35,270 nt of DNA from Terriglobia bacterium (lineage in GTDB: Bacteria; Acidobacteriota; Terriglobia; UBA7540): contig JBJKQV010000178.1 in NCBI GenBank assembly GCA_046704985.1, forward strand, positions 1 to 35,270, written 5' to 3'. Both the position numbers and the translations under genes were made by a program. Numbering within the stretch: the stretch's first letter is position 1; the number at the start of each line of letters is the position of its first letter. The notes under the pieces are model-generated. The model saw only the letters and a list, made by a program, of their open reading frames with translations. It did no database searches and had not been told where the DNA came from. Positions 26,056 through 34,409 of the stretch are shown here, piece by piece.

Positions 26056-26733
26056 ATGGCCAACCGCAACTCGCACCATTTCGACCGCAAGCTGGAGGCG
26101 ATCCTTTGCCGCGCGGCGGAGGTCTTTTGCGCGCGCGGCTACCATCAGGCCTCCATGCGCGACATCGCGCGCTCGACGCGCGTCAGCCTGGCGGGTCTCT
26201 ACTACTACTTCTCCAGCAAAGAGCAGCTTCTCTACCTCATCCAGCGCCACGCCTTCCAGACCCTGCTCGCCGAGGCGCGCCAGGAGCTTCGCACCCTCGC
26301 CGACCCCGAGCAGCGCCTGCGCGCTTTCATCCGCCTGCACTTGAAATTTTTCATCGAGCACCCCAACGAGATGAAGGTGCTCACCCACGAAGACCGTTCT
26401 CTGGGCGAGGAGTGGCGGCGCGAGGTTCACGCCCTCAAGAAAGACTATTACCGCCTGGGCTACCGATTGGTAGAGGCGCTCGCGGCGCGCCAGCGAATCG
26501 AGGATCTGAACCCGCGCCTGGCGGTGCTGGCGCTTTTCGGCATGATGAACTGGATTTACACCTGGTACAACTCGCAGGTGGACCCCGGCGCGCCGGAGAT
26601 GGCGCGCCGGATGGCGGACTGGTTTTTGCGCGGCATTTTGGGGCGGAGCAGCCGCCGGGCGGGCCGCCCGCGGCCGCCGCGGTCTCGGGCCGTGGCGCCT
26701 CGCGCCAAGCGCCCCGCGCGGCGCACGATTTGA
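26056..26733 (+). CDS. TetR-family transcriptional regulator with Arg-rich C-terminal tail
   Basis: The HTH region is [42 protein letters not shown] 26056 is preceded by GGGGAG. The C-terminal tail is [28 protein letters not shown]. Confidence 0.85.
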   Translation: MANRNSHHFDRKLEAILCRAAEVFCARGYHQASMRDIARSTRVSLAGLYYYFSSKEQLLYLIQRHAFQTLLAEARQELRTLADPEQRLRAFIRLHLKFFIEHPNEMKVLTHEDRSLGEEWRREVHALKKDYYRLGYRLVEALAARQRIEDLNPRLAVLALFGMMNWIYTWYNSQVDPGAPEMARRMADWFLRGILGRSSRRAGRPRPPRSRAVAPRAKRPARRTI

Positions 26734-26756
26734 AAATTCAGGGAGGAGAACCCGAC

Positions 26757-27566
26757 ATGGCAACCACCACCACCTCGGCGACGGGAGCATTAATCAATTA
26801 TCGCGCGGAAGGCGGTTTGGCGTGGATCGAGATGAACGATCCCCCCGCCAACACCTACACCTACGAAATGATGCAGCAGCTCGACGCCGCGGTCCTCCAG
26901 GCGCGCATGGACGACGCCGTGCAGGTGCTCATCCTGTGCGGGGCGGGCGAGAAGTTCTTCTCGGCGGGCGCCAACATCAACATGCTCGCCAGCGTCACTC
27001 CGGAATTCAAATACTATTTCTGCCTGCACGCCAACGAGACCCTGATGCGCCTGGAGCAGACGCCCAAGCTGGTGATCGCGGCGCTCAACGGCCACACGGT
27101 GGGCGGAGGGCTGGAGATTGCCCTGGCGGCGGACATCCGCCTGGCGCGCCGCGACGCGGGCAAGATCGGCCTGCCGGAAGTTTCACTCGGCGTGCTGCCC
27201 GGCACCGGCGGCACGCAGCGCCTCTCGCGCCTGATCGGCAAGTCGCGCTCCATCGAGCTGATGGTCACCGGCCGCACCTTCTCTTTTGAGGAAGCCGAGG
27301 AGATCGGCCTGGTCAATCAAGTGCTCAGCCGCGACGGATTCCTTGAGGAAGTGGCGGCCTACTCGCGGCAGTTCCTTCCGCCCGCCAAGGCCGCGCGCGC
27401 CGTGGGGCGCATCAAGCGCGCCGTCTGCTCGGGCATGGAAGTGCCCCTGGGCGAAGGCCTGGCCATCGAGCGCGAGCTCCAGCAACACCTCTTCCAGAGT
27501 CAGGACGCCAAGGAGGGGTTGCGCGCCTACATCGAGAAGCGCAAGCCGAACTTCCAGGCCAAGTAG
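26757..27566 (+). CDS. Enoyl-CoA hydratase/isomerase (crotonase) family protein 1
   Basis: ATG 26757 is preceded by GGGAGGAG. The crotonase oxyanion-hole contexts are KFFSAGANI and NGHTVGGGLEIALAADIR. The end ...EGLRAYIEKRKPNFQ is typical of the family. Confidence 0.9.
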   Translation: MATTTTSATGALINYRAEGGLAWIEMNDPPANTYTYEMMQQLDAAVLQARMDDAVQVLILCGAGEKFFSAGANINMLASVTPEFKYYFCLHANETLMRLEQTPKLVIAALNGHTVGGGLEIALAADIRLARRDAGKIGLPEVSLGVLPGTGGTQRLSRLIGKSRSIELMVTGRTFSFEEAEEIGLVNQVLSRDGFLEEVAAYSRQFLPPAKAARAVGRIKRAVCSGMEVPLGEGLAIERELQQHLFQSQDAKEGLRAYIEKRKPNFQAK

Positions 27567-27580
27567 CGCTTCGCCGGCGG

Positions 27581-27645
27581 GTGCCGCCCTAAAGGGCAGC
27601 GCTACTAAGACGCCGCGGAACTGCTGCCCGGAAGGGCAGCGCTAC
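27581..27645 (+). repeat. Two copies of a hairpin-forming unit (..GCCC-NNAA-GGGCAGCGCTAC) spaced 40 nt apart
   Basis: aAAGGGCAGCGCTAC at 27591-27605 and gAAGGGCAGCGCTAC at 27631-27645. The second copy forms a perfect GCTGCCC-GGAA-GGGCAGC stem-loop; the first has one mismatch. GTAGCGC at 27563-27569 is complementary to the GCGCTAC tails. Confidence 0.4.
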
Positions 27646-27669
27646 ATTACGGATCAGAGTGGTTGCACG

Positions 27670-28404
27670 ATGAAGATTGCCGTCTCGGTCGCCGATAAGG
27701 AAAAGAAGCGCGGGGCGAAGTCGCCCTATTTCCAGGCGCTGGTGGAAGCGGGGGCGCGTCCGCAGGAGTTGGTGTTGTTCGCCGCTGCCGACCGCTCGCG
27801 CGCCGCGCGCGCCGAGCTCGACGGCGTGCTCTTTGCGGGCGGCGAGGACGTGGACCCGGCCTTCTACGACGAGAAAAAGAAATATGACAGCGTGAAGGTG
27901 AACCGCGCCCGCGACGAATTCGAGATGGCGCTGCTCGACCGCGCGCTCGAGGAGCGGTTGCCCATCCTGGGCATCTGCCGCGGCTCGCAGATGATCAACG
28001 TCAAGTTCGGCGGGGCCCTCTACCAGGACGTGCAGCGCGACGAGGCCACTACCCTCGAGCATCGCCGCGAGAAAGAGCGCCGCGAGCGCGTGCACCAGGT
28101 GGCGGTGACGGAGCCCGAGTCGCTGCTGGGAAGCGCCGTCTCCGGCGGCTGCCGCGTCAACAGCCTGCACCACCAGGCCATCAAGCGCGTGGGCCGCGGC
28201 CTGAAGGTCACCGCCTACTCCGAAGACGGGCTGGTGGAAGCCTTCGAGGACGGCGGCGAGTATCCTTTCTTGATGGCCGTGCAGTGGCACCCGGAGGAGA
28301 TCGTCGAGCAGCCCGAGCAGAAGAGGATTTTCGAGCAGTTCCTGGCCAAGTGCCGGGAAGCCGAAGCGCGCCGGACGGCGCGGGAGGTTTCTGATGCCGG
28401 ATGA
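27670..28404 (+). CDS. Class I glutamine amidotransferase-like / peptidase C26 (gamma-glutamyl amide hydrolase, PuuD-like)
   Basis: GVLFAGGEDVDP is present. The nucleophile elbow is PILGICRGSQMIN. NSLHHQAI is present. The His context is AVQWHPEE. ATG 27670 is the start; the upstream part of ORF 27286 overlaps the crotonase gene. Confidence 0.85.
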   Translation: MKIAVSVADKEKKRGAKSPYFQALVEAGARPQELVLFAAADRSRAARAELDGVLFAGGEDVDPAFYDEKKKYDSVKVNRARDEFEMALLDRALEERLPILGICRGSQMINVKFGGALYQDVQRDEATTLEHRREKERRERVHQVAVTEPESLLGSAVSGGCRVNSLHHQAIKRVGRGLKVTAYSEDGLVEAFEDGGEYPFLMAVQWHPEEIVEQPEQKRIFEQFLAKCREAEARRTAREVSDAG

Positions 28405-29185
28405 GCCCGTTTTGCTGGCGCGGCAGGGAGCGGTGGCGACCCTCACCCTCAATCGCCCCGAGAAGCTCAACGCCCTGGATGAGCCCATGCGCCGGGTACT
28501 CGACGCCGCGCTCGATCAGGTGGCCCACGAGCCGGCGATTCGGGTGGTGGTGATTACCGGCGCCGGCCGCGCCTTCTGCTCGGGCGGCGACGTGGAGGCC
28601 ATGCAGGAGCTCAAGACGCAGTTCCACTCCGTGAGCTTTCGCGGCTTCCTGGAGCTCGGGCACGAACTGGTGCAGAAGCTGCGCAGCCTGCCCAAGCCCG
28701 TGCTGGCTTCGGTGAACGGCCCGGCGCTGGGGGCGGGCATGAACCTGGCGCTGGCCTGCGACCTGCGCATCGCTTCCGACCGCGCCACCTTTGCGCAGGC
28801 GTTTGTCCGCCTGGGCCTGCACCCCGACTGGGGCGGTACCTACTTTCTGCCGCGCGTGGTGGGCGTGGGGCGGGCGATGGAGATGTTTTTTCTCGGCGAG
28901 GCGGTGGAAGCCGCGGAGGCGCACCGCCTGGGCCTGGTGAATTTCCTCGCCGTCCACGAGCGCCTGGCGGAAGAGACGCGCGGCCTGGCCGAGCGCCTGG
29001 CGGAAGCGCCGCCCTTGCCCCTCGCCTTGCTCAAGCAGTCGCTCTACGAGCGCGAGGAGACGGAGCTGGCGCGGGTGATGCGCCACGAAGTTGACGCGCA
29101 GATGAAGTGCTTTGAGTCGCAGGATTTCACCGAGGGTTTGCGCGCTTTCCTGGAAAAGCGCAAGGCTGTCTTCAAAGGGGCTTGA
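28394..29185 (+). CDS. Enoyl-CoA hydratase/isomerase (crotonase) family protein 2
   Basis: Motifs are LTLNRPEKLNAL, GAGRAFCSGGDV, NGPALGAGMNLALACDLR and EGLRAFLEKRKAVF. ATG 28394 overlaps the previous gene's stop (28402-28404) by 11 nt, which suggests translational coupling. Confidence 0.9.
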   Translation: MPDEPVLLARQGAVATLTLNRPEKLNALDEPMRRVLDAALDQVAHEPAIRVVVITGAGRAFCSGGDVEAMQELKTQFHSVSFRGFLELGHELVQKLRSLPKPVLASVNGPALGAGMNLALACDLRIASDRATFAQAFVRLGLHPDWGGTYFLPRVVGVGRAMEMFFLGEAVEAAEAHRLGLVNFLAVHERLAEETRGLAERLAEAPPLPLALLKQSLYEREETELARVMRHEVDAQMKCFESQDFTEGLRAFLEKRKAVFKGA

Positions 29186-29309
29186 CGAAGATCTGAGGAG
29201 CATTCTGGAGCGCGGCCGTCCGTCCGCCGGCGGACCGCCGCCTCCATCAGGCGTGGCCGGCCGGTCGCGCGCGGGGGACGGCCGGCGCTCGCGGAACGGA
29301 GAGCTTGGG

Positions 29310-30446
29310 ATGCTGAAACTTTCCAACTTCGACGACTGGATCGACTATTTCTACAGCTGGCAGAAGGACATCGGCCTCGACGCGCCGGAGTTCCTCGATT
29401 ACCGCTTCGAGGCCAAGTACGACTCGGTGCCGCCGGAAATCTCCTTCGGCGATTACCGCGGGCAGCTGCGCTGGAAGACGGTGATGCACATTCCCGACCA
29501 GCGCATCCGCGACGCCGTGCAGAACCTGGTGGTCTACCAGGGCGACACGGAATTCGCCTCCGTCGAGCAGCAGCGCCGGCTGTTCGAGACCGCCCCCAGC
29601 CGCTACGATTACCTGAGCCTGGTGCGGGTGATGACCGAGGAGATGCGCCACGGCTGGCAGATGAGCCACGTGCTGATCAGCCAGTTCGGGCGCTCGGGAC
29701 GCATCGAGGCGCAAAAGCTCCTGGAGCGCCGCGCCTTCTCCGACCAGCGCCTGCTCGGCGCCTTCAACCAACCCGTCAACGACTGGCTGGATTTCTTTAC
29801 CTACACCCAGTTTGTGGACCGCGACGGCAAGTTCCAGCTCACTATGCTCTCGCACTCCGCTTTCCTGCCCGTCGCCGAGAGCATGCCGCCCATGCTCAAG
29901 GAAGAGTCCTTCCACCTGGGCACCGGCAACAACGGCCTGGCGCGCGTCCTCAAGGCGCGGCGCATCCCCGTTTCCATCATCCAGAAGTACTTCAACAAGT
30001 GGCTGCCCACTTCCTACGACCTGTTCGGCACCGACCACTCCTCTTCCGCGCAGTGGGCCTACGTGTGGGGCCTCAAGGGGCGCTACGACGAGCGGAATTC
30101 GCCCGGCGGGGCGGACCGCGAAAACCTCAACGACCTGGCGCGCGAGCTCTACTACCAGGAAGTTTGCAAGCTTACCGAGACACTCAACAAGCTCATCCCC
30201 GACGATGAGCCGAAGATCCAGGTGCCCAGCCTGAAGTTCCACCGCCAGATCGGCGCCTACGCCGACCGGTACTACAACCTGCGCGGCGAAGAGATGACGC
30301 GCGCCGAGTTCGAGGCCTACCTGCCCACCGTCCTGCCTTCGCAGGAAGACGAGAGCCGGCTGCGGGATATTTTCAAGGAGGGCGGCTGGATCGTTCCCAA
30401 GGGCGAGAAGGAATTCGAGCCCTCCGAAGGAGCGCGCAAGAGGTGA
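29310..30446 (+). CDS. BoxB-like diiron oxygenase (benzoyl-CoA 2,3-epoxidase component B family), compact 378-aa form
   Basis: ATG 29310 is preceded by GGAGAG. The protein is collinear, from memory, with BoxB: YQGDTEFASVEQQRRL, TEEMRHGWQ (ExxH), FVDRDGKFQL, KEESFHLGTG (ExxH), IQKYFNKW, GLKGRYDE and KFHRQIGAYAD. The upstream part of ORF 29112 overlaps the crotonase gene and is P/G/R-rich. Confidence 0.75.
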   Translation: MLKLSNFDDWIDYFYSWQKDIGLDAPEFLDYRFEAKYDSVPPEISFGDYRGQLRWKTVMHIPDQRIRDAVQNLVVYQGDTEFASVEQQRRLFETAPSRYDYLSLVRVMTEEMRHGWQMSHVLISQFGRSGRIEAQKLLERRAFSDQRLLGAFNQPVNDWLDFFTYTQFVDRDGKFQLTMLSHSAFLPVAESMPPMLKEESFHLGTGNNGLARVLKARRIPVSIIQKYFNKWLPTSYDLFGTDHSSSAQWAYVWGLKGRYDERNSPGGADRENLNDLARELYYQEVCKLTETLNKLIPDDEPKIQVPSLKFHRQIGAYADRYYNLRGEEMTRAEFEAYLPTVLPSQEDESRLRDIFKEGGWIVPKGEKEFEPSEGARKR

Positions 30447-30460
30447 GGGAGGACGGCGCC

Positions 30461-31234
30461 ATGCCGCCTGAAAACACATCGCGGGTGGAATCGCAGAAGC
30501 AGGGCGCGGTCGCGCGGCTGACGCTCAACCGCCCGCCCCTCAACGTCCTCGACCTCGCCGGGCTGCGCGAGCTGCACGCGGCGGTCCAGGCGGCCGCGGC
30601 CGACCCCGCCGTGCGCCTGCTGGAGCTGCGCGGCGCGGGCGAAAAGGCCTTCTGCGCGGGCATGGAAGTGCGCGACCACTTTCCCGAGCGCGCGCCGGAG
30701 ATGTTGCGCGCTTTCCACGCCGCGGTGCGCGCCTTGCTCGACGCGCCTTGCCCCACCGTGGCGGTGGTGCAGGGCCACTGCCTGGGGGGCGGCATGGAAC
30801 TGGCCATGGCCTGCGACTTCATCCTGGCGGCGCGCGGCGCGCGCTTCGGCCAGCCGGAAATCAAGCTCGCCGCCTTTCCGCCCGTCGCCGCGGCGCTGCT
30901 GCCCTCGCTGATCGGCGAAAAGAAAGCGCTGGAGATGATCCTGACGGGCGACCCGGTGAGCGCGCAAGAGGCCGAGCGCTTGGGCTTGGTCAACCGCGTG
31001 GCGGATGATTTGCCCGGCGAAGCGGAGAAATTTTCGCAGAGCCTCCTGGCCTCGAGCCCGCGGGCCGCGGCGCTGGCGCGCCGCGCAACCCATCGGCCCT
31101 CGCGCCAAGCCTTCGAGAACGCTTTGCGCGAGGCGGAGCGCATTTATGTGGACGAGCTGCTGGCGAGCGAGGACGCCCGCGAAGGTTTGGAGGCGTTTCT
31201 CGCCAAGCGCCCGCCGGTTTGGAAGGGTAAGTAA
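30461..31234 (+). CDS. Enoyl-CoA hydratase family protein 3, dienoyl-CoA hydratase (Dch/BamR)-like subgroup (tentative)
   Basis: ATG 30461 is preceded by GAGGGAGGA. Motifs are LTLNRPPLNVL, GEKAFCAGMEV and QGHCLGGGMELAMACDF. GQPEIKLAAFPPVAAALLP and ERIYVDELLASEDAREGLEAFLAKRPPVW resemble my recollection of cyclohexa-1,5-dienecarbonyl-CoA hydratases. Confidence 0.85.
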   Translation: MPPENTSRVESQKQGAVARLTLNRPPLNVLDLAGLRELHAAVQAAAADPAVRLLELRGAGEKAFCAGMEVRDHFPERAPEMLRAFHAAVRALLDAPCPTVAVVQGHCLGGGMELAMACDFILAARGARFGQPEIKLAAFPPVAAALLPSLIGEKKALEMILTGDPVSAQEAERLGLVNRVADDLPGEAEKFSQSLLASSPRAAALARRATHRPSRQAFENALREAERIYVDELLASEDAREGLEAFLAKRPPVWKGK

Positions 31235-31261
31235 TCTTGCATATTTTCTTAAAGGAGCGAA

Positions 31262-31585
31262 ATGGACGAAACGCCGGAACTGGACCCGCAAATCTTGCAA
31301 GACCTCATGGCGCGCGGCGAAAAGTTGTTTCTGCTCGACTGCCGCGAGCCCTGGGAGCACAAGGTGGCGCGCATCGAGGGCGCGGAGCTGATTCCCATGC
31401 GCGAGATCGCCGCCAAGGTGGAGAAGATTCCGCGCGACTGCCAGGTGGTGGTCTATTGCCATCACGGCCAGCGCAGCCTGGCGGTGGCGCTCTGGATGCG
31501 CCAGGCGGGCTTCGAGGCGCTCAGCTTGAACGGCGGCATCGACCGCTGGTCCACGGAGATTGACGAAGCCGTGCCGCGTTACTGA
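31262..31585 (+). CDS. Single-domain rhodanese (sulfurtransferase)
   Basis: ATG 31262 is preceded by AAAGGAG. Motifs are LLDCREPWEH and the active-site loop VVYCHHGQRS. The 107-aa size is typical. Confidence 0.85.
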   Translation: MDETPELDPQILQDLMARGEKLFLLDCREPWEHKVARIEGAELIPMREIAAKVEKIPRDCQVVVYCHHGQRSLAVALWMRQAGFEALSLNGGIDRWSTEIDEAVPRY

Positions 31586-31611
31586 GCGGCGGGCCGCGGA
31601 GAGGAGCCCGG

Positions 31612-32112
31612 GTGAACAAAATCATGCTGCGATTGCGCGTCAACGGACGCGCTTACGAGACCGAGGCCGCACCCAACGAGCTGCTGCTCGACGTGCTGCG
31701 CACGCGCCTGGGCCTGACCGGCTCCAAGCGCGGGTGCGACGACGCGAGCTGCGGCGCCTGCACGGTGCTGGTGGACGGCCGGCCCCAGATGTCGTGCCTG
31801 ATGCTCGCCGTCTCCTACCAGGACGCCGAGATCACCACCATCGAGGGCGTGGCGGCTCCCGACGAGCTTCACCCGCTGCAGCTCGCCTTCATGCAGGAAG
31901 GCGGCGCGCAGTGCGGCTACTGCACGCCGGGAATGATTATGACCGCCAAGCATCTGCTCGACAGCAACCCCGAGCCCAGCGAGCAGGAGATTGACCAGGC
32001 GCTTTCCGGCAACCTCTGCCGCTGCACCGGCTACACGCAGATTCGCGCTTCCGTGCGCCGCGCCATCGAGCTGCTGCGCGAGCGCAAACCGCAGGAGGTG
32101 GCGAAACCATGA
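31612..32112 (+). CDS. Molybdenum hydroxylase small subunit, two [2Fe-2S] clusters (HcrC/CoxS-like)
   Basis: GTG 31612 is preceded by GGAGAGGAG. The plant-type cluster motif is GCDDASCGACTV...C. The second cluster motif is QCGYCTPG...NLCRCTGY. Confidence 0.9.
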   Translation: MNKIMLRLRVNGRAYETEAAPNELLLDVLRTRLGLTGSKRGCDDASCGACTVLVDGRPQMSCLMLAVSYQDAEITTIEGVAAPDELHPLQLAFMQEGGAQCGYCTPGMIMTAKHLLDSNPEPSEQEIDQALSGNLCRCTGYTQIRASVRRAIELLRERKPQEVAKP

Positions 32113-34409
32113 GCGCCCCGGTTCATTCCTCGCCCATCGGCGCGCGCGTTCCCATGCTCGACGCCCGCGAAAAGGTCACGGGCGCCGGCAAGTACGCCGC
32201 CGACCTCACCCTGCCCGGCATGCTGGTGGGCAAGGTCCTCCACAGCCCGCACGCCCACGCGCGCATCGTTTCCATCGATACCTCCGCCGCCGAAGCGCTG
32301 CCGGGCGTTCACGCCGTGGTCACCGGGCGCGAGACGCCCGTCAAGTACGGCATCCTGCCCATCGGCCACGACGAAACCGTTTTCGCTCCCCACAAGGTGC
32401 GCTACATCGGCGACAACGTGGCGGGCGTGGCGGCGGAATCGGAAGCCCTGGCCGAGGAGGCCTTGCGGCTCATTCGCGTCGAGTACGAAGTTCTGCCCGC
32501 GGTCTTTGACCCGGAAGAGTCCATGCGCGCCGAGGGCGAGCTGATTCAGGAAGGCCGCGCGCACAACATCGAGAAGGAATATCACCACCAGTTCGGGGAC
32601 GTGGAGAAAGGTTTCGAGGAGGCCGACTACGTCCGCGAGGACCGCTTCGACTGCGCGGAGGTGACGCACGCGGCCATGGAGCCGCACGCGACGCTGGCGC
32701 AGTTTGCGCCCGACGGCAAGCTCACCGTCTGGTCGTCCACGCAGGTGCCTTATTACCTGATGAAGACGCTGGCCGCCACGTTGCAAATTCCCGAAGACGA
32801 CGTGCGCGTCATCAAGCCGCTGGTGGGCGGCGGATTCGGCGGCAAGAGTGAGGTGATTCCGCTGGAGCCGGCGGCGGCGGTGCTGGCGCGCAAGGCCGGG
32901 CGGCCGGTGCGGATTACCTACACGCGCGAAGAAGTTTTTCTGATGCACCGCGGGCGCCCGCGCACGATTGTGGAACTGCGCACCGGCGTCGGGCGCGACG
33001 GGCGCCTGAAGGCCGTGGCGGCGCGCATCGTGATGGACGGCGGCGCTTACTGCGGCTACGGCCCGGTCACCATCCTCTATTCCGGGGCGCTGCTCAACGC
33101 CATGTACGACATCCCGCACGTGCGCTTTGACGGCTACCGCGTGCTGACCAACAAGCCTGCCTGCGGAGCCATGCGCGGCCACGGGACGGTCGACGCGCGC
33201 TTCGCTTTCGAGGTGCAGCTCGACCGCATCGCCGCCACCCTGGGGATGGACCCGGCCGAAATCCGCCGGCGGAATTTTCTGCGCCCACCTTGCGTGACCG
33301 TGAACGGCCTGCGCGTGCTCAGCTACGGCTATCCGGAGTGCGTCGAGCGCGCCGTCGAGCAGTCGGGCTGGGCGCGCAAACGCGGCAAGCTGCCCTACGG
33401 CAAGGGCATCGGCCTGGCGGGGAGCCACTACGTGAGCGGCGCCGCCAATTCCATCATCCGCGGCGACATGCCGCACACCACCATCAATTTGGAAATCGAC
33501 GCCGAAGGCCAGGTGACGCTCTATACGGGCGCTTCGGAAATCGGCCAGGGCTCCGACACCGTGCAGGCGCAGCTGGCGGCCGGGGAACTGGGCCTGCGCG
33601 CCGAGCAGGTGCGCCTGGTCGCCGCCGATACCGGGCGCACGCCCGTCGACCTGGGCAGCTACTCGAGCCGCGTTACCTTCATGGCCGGCAACGCCACGCT
33701 CCAGGCGGCGCGGCAGGCGCGCGAAAAATTGCTGGCCGCCGCGGCCGCGGAATTCGACACGACGCCGGAAAACCTGGAGATGTCGCAGGGCCGAATCGTT
33801 TGCCGCGACGACCCGCGCCGCAAGATGAGCCTGGGCCAGGCGGTGCGCCTGGCGGCGCCGGAGGGCTTGCTGAAGAGTGTTGGCACTTACGCGCCGCCGC
33901 AGGCCGCGCGCGGCGGCAAGTTCAAAGGCGCGGGCGTGGGGCCCTCGCCCGCCTACAGCTACAGCGCCCAAGTGGCTGAGGTGACGGTGGACACGGAAAC
34001 CGGCGAGGTGCGCGTGGAGCGCATCGTCGCCGCGCACGACTGCGGCAAGGCCCTCAACCCCCTGACCGTGGAAGGTCAGGTGGAAGGCTCGGTGTGGATG
34101 GGGCTGGGTCAGGCCATGCAGGAAGAGATGACGTGGCGCCAGGGCCGGCTGATGAATCCCGGCTTGCTCGAGTACCGCTCCGCCTCGACGCTCGAGTCGC
34201 CGCCCATCGAGCCCATTCTGGTGGAGAGTCACGATCCGGAAGGCCCCCTGGGCGCCAAGGAGGCGGGCGAAGGGTCACTCGCCGCCACCTTGCCCGCCGT
34301 CGCCAACGCCGTCTACGACGCGGTGGGAGTCTGGATAACCACACTGCCCATTACGCCCGAGAAGGTTTTGAAAGCACTGGAAGAGAAAAAGAAAGCGGAA
34401 CCCAGATGA
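32109..34409 (+). CDS. Molybdopterin-binding large subunit of a xanthine dehydrogenase-family enzyme (HcrA/CoxL-like)
   Basis: ATGA start/stop overlap with the small subunit. The a/b-hammerhead N-terminus is DAREKVTGAGKYAADL...HSPHAHARIVSID. GGGFGGK, MRGHG and a C-terminal GAKEAGEG are present. I saw no CODH-type VAYRCSFR loop. Confidence 0.9.
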   Translation: MSAPVHSSPIGARVPMLDAREKVTGAGKYAADLTLPGMLVGKVLHSPHAHARIVSIDTSAAEALPGVHAVVTGRETPVKYGILPIGHDETVFAPHKVRYIGDNVAGVAAESEALAEEALRLIRVEYEVLPAVFDPEESMRAEGELIQEGRAHNIEKEYHHQFGDVEKGFEEADYVREDRFDCAEVTHAAMEPHATLAQFAPDGKLTVWSSTQVPYYLMKTLAATLQIPEDDVRVIKPLVGGGFGGKSEVIPLEPAAAVLARKAGRPVRITYTREEVFLMHRGRPRTIVELRTGVGRDGRLKAVAARIVMDGGAYCGYGPVTILYSGALLNAMYDIPHVRFDGYRVLTNKPACGAMRGHGTVDARFAFEVQLDRIAATLGMDPAEIRRRNFLRPPCVTVNGLRVLSYGYPECVERAVEQSGWARKRGKLPYGKGIGLAGSHYVSGAANSIIRGDMPHTTINLEIDAEGQVTLYTGASEIGQGSDTVQAQLAAGELGLRAEQVRLVAADTGRTPVDLGSYSSRVTFMAGNATLQAARQAREKLLAAAAAEFDTTPENLEMSQGRIVCRDDPRRKMSLGQAVRLAAPEGLLKSVGTYAPPQAARGGKFKGAGVGPSPAYSYSAQVAEVTVDTETGEVRVERIVAAHDCGKALNPLTVEGQVEGSVWMGLGQAMQEEMTWRQGRLMNPGLLEYRSASTLESPPIEPILVESHDPEGPLGAKEAGEGSLAATLPAVANAVYDAVGVWITTLPITPEKVLKALEEKKKAEPR

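Noticed and set aside
27581-27645. CRISPR-like periodic repeat.
   Set aside because: There are only two copies of a 15-nt unit with a 25-nt spacer, and no cas genes. The units are simply two hairpins in an intra-operon spacer.
29222-29235. Perfect 14-bp palindrome GTCCGCCGGCGGAC in the spacer before the BoxB-like gene, considered as an operator or terminator.
   Set aside because: Pure-GC palindromes of this size are frequent in high-GC genomes. It has no flanking promoter elements or T-tract, and it does not resemble the TCGAACG-type palindrome at the operon promoter.
29112-29309. N-terminal extensions of real genes as listed in the track: starts at 1516, 2123, 3499, 10401, 12152, 15184, 17666, 18044, 21862, 22293, 25965, 25987, 26090, 27286, 29112.
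   Set aside because: The extended parts overlap the preceding gene or intergenic DNA. They are P/R/G-rich, lack an RBS or use TTG. Internal ATG or GTG codons with good Shine-Dalgarno sequences coincide with signal peptides or with the start of family homology.
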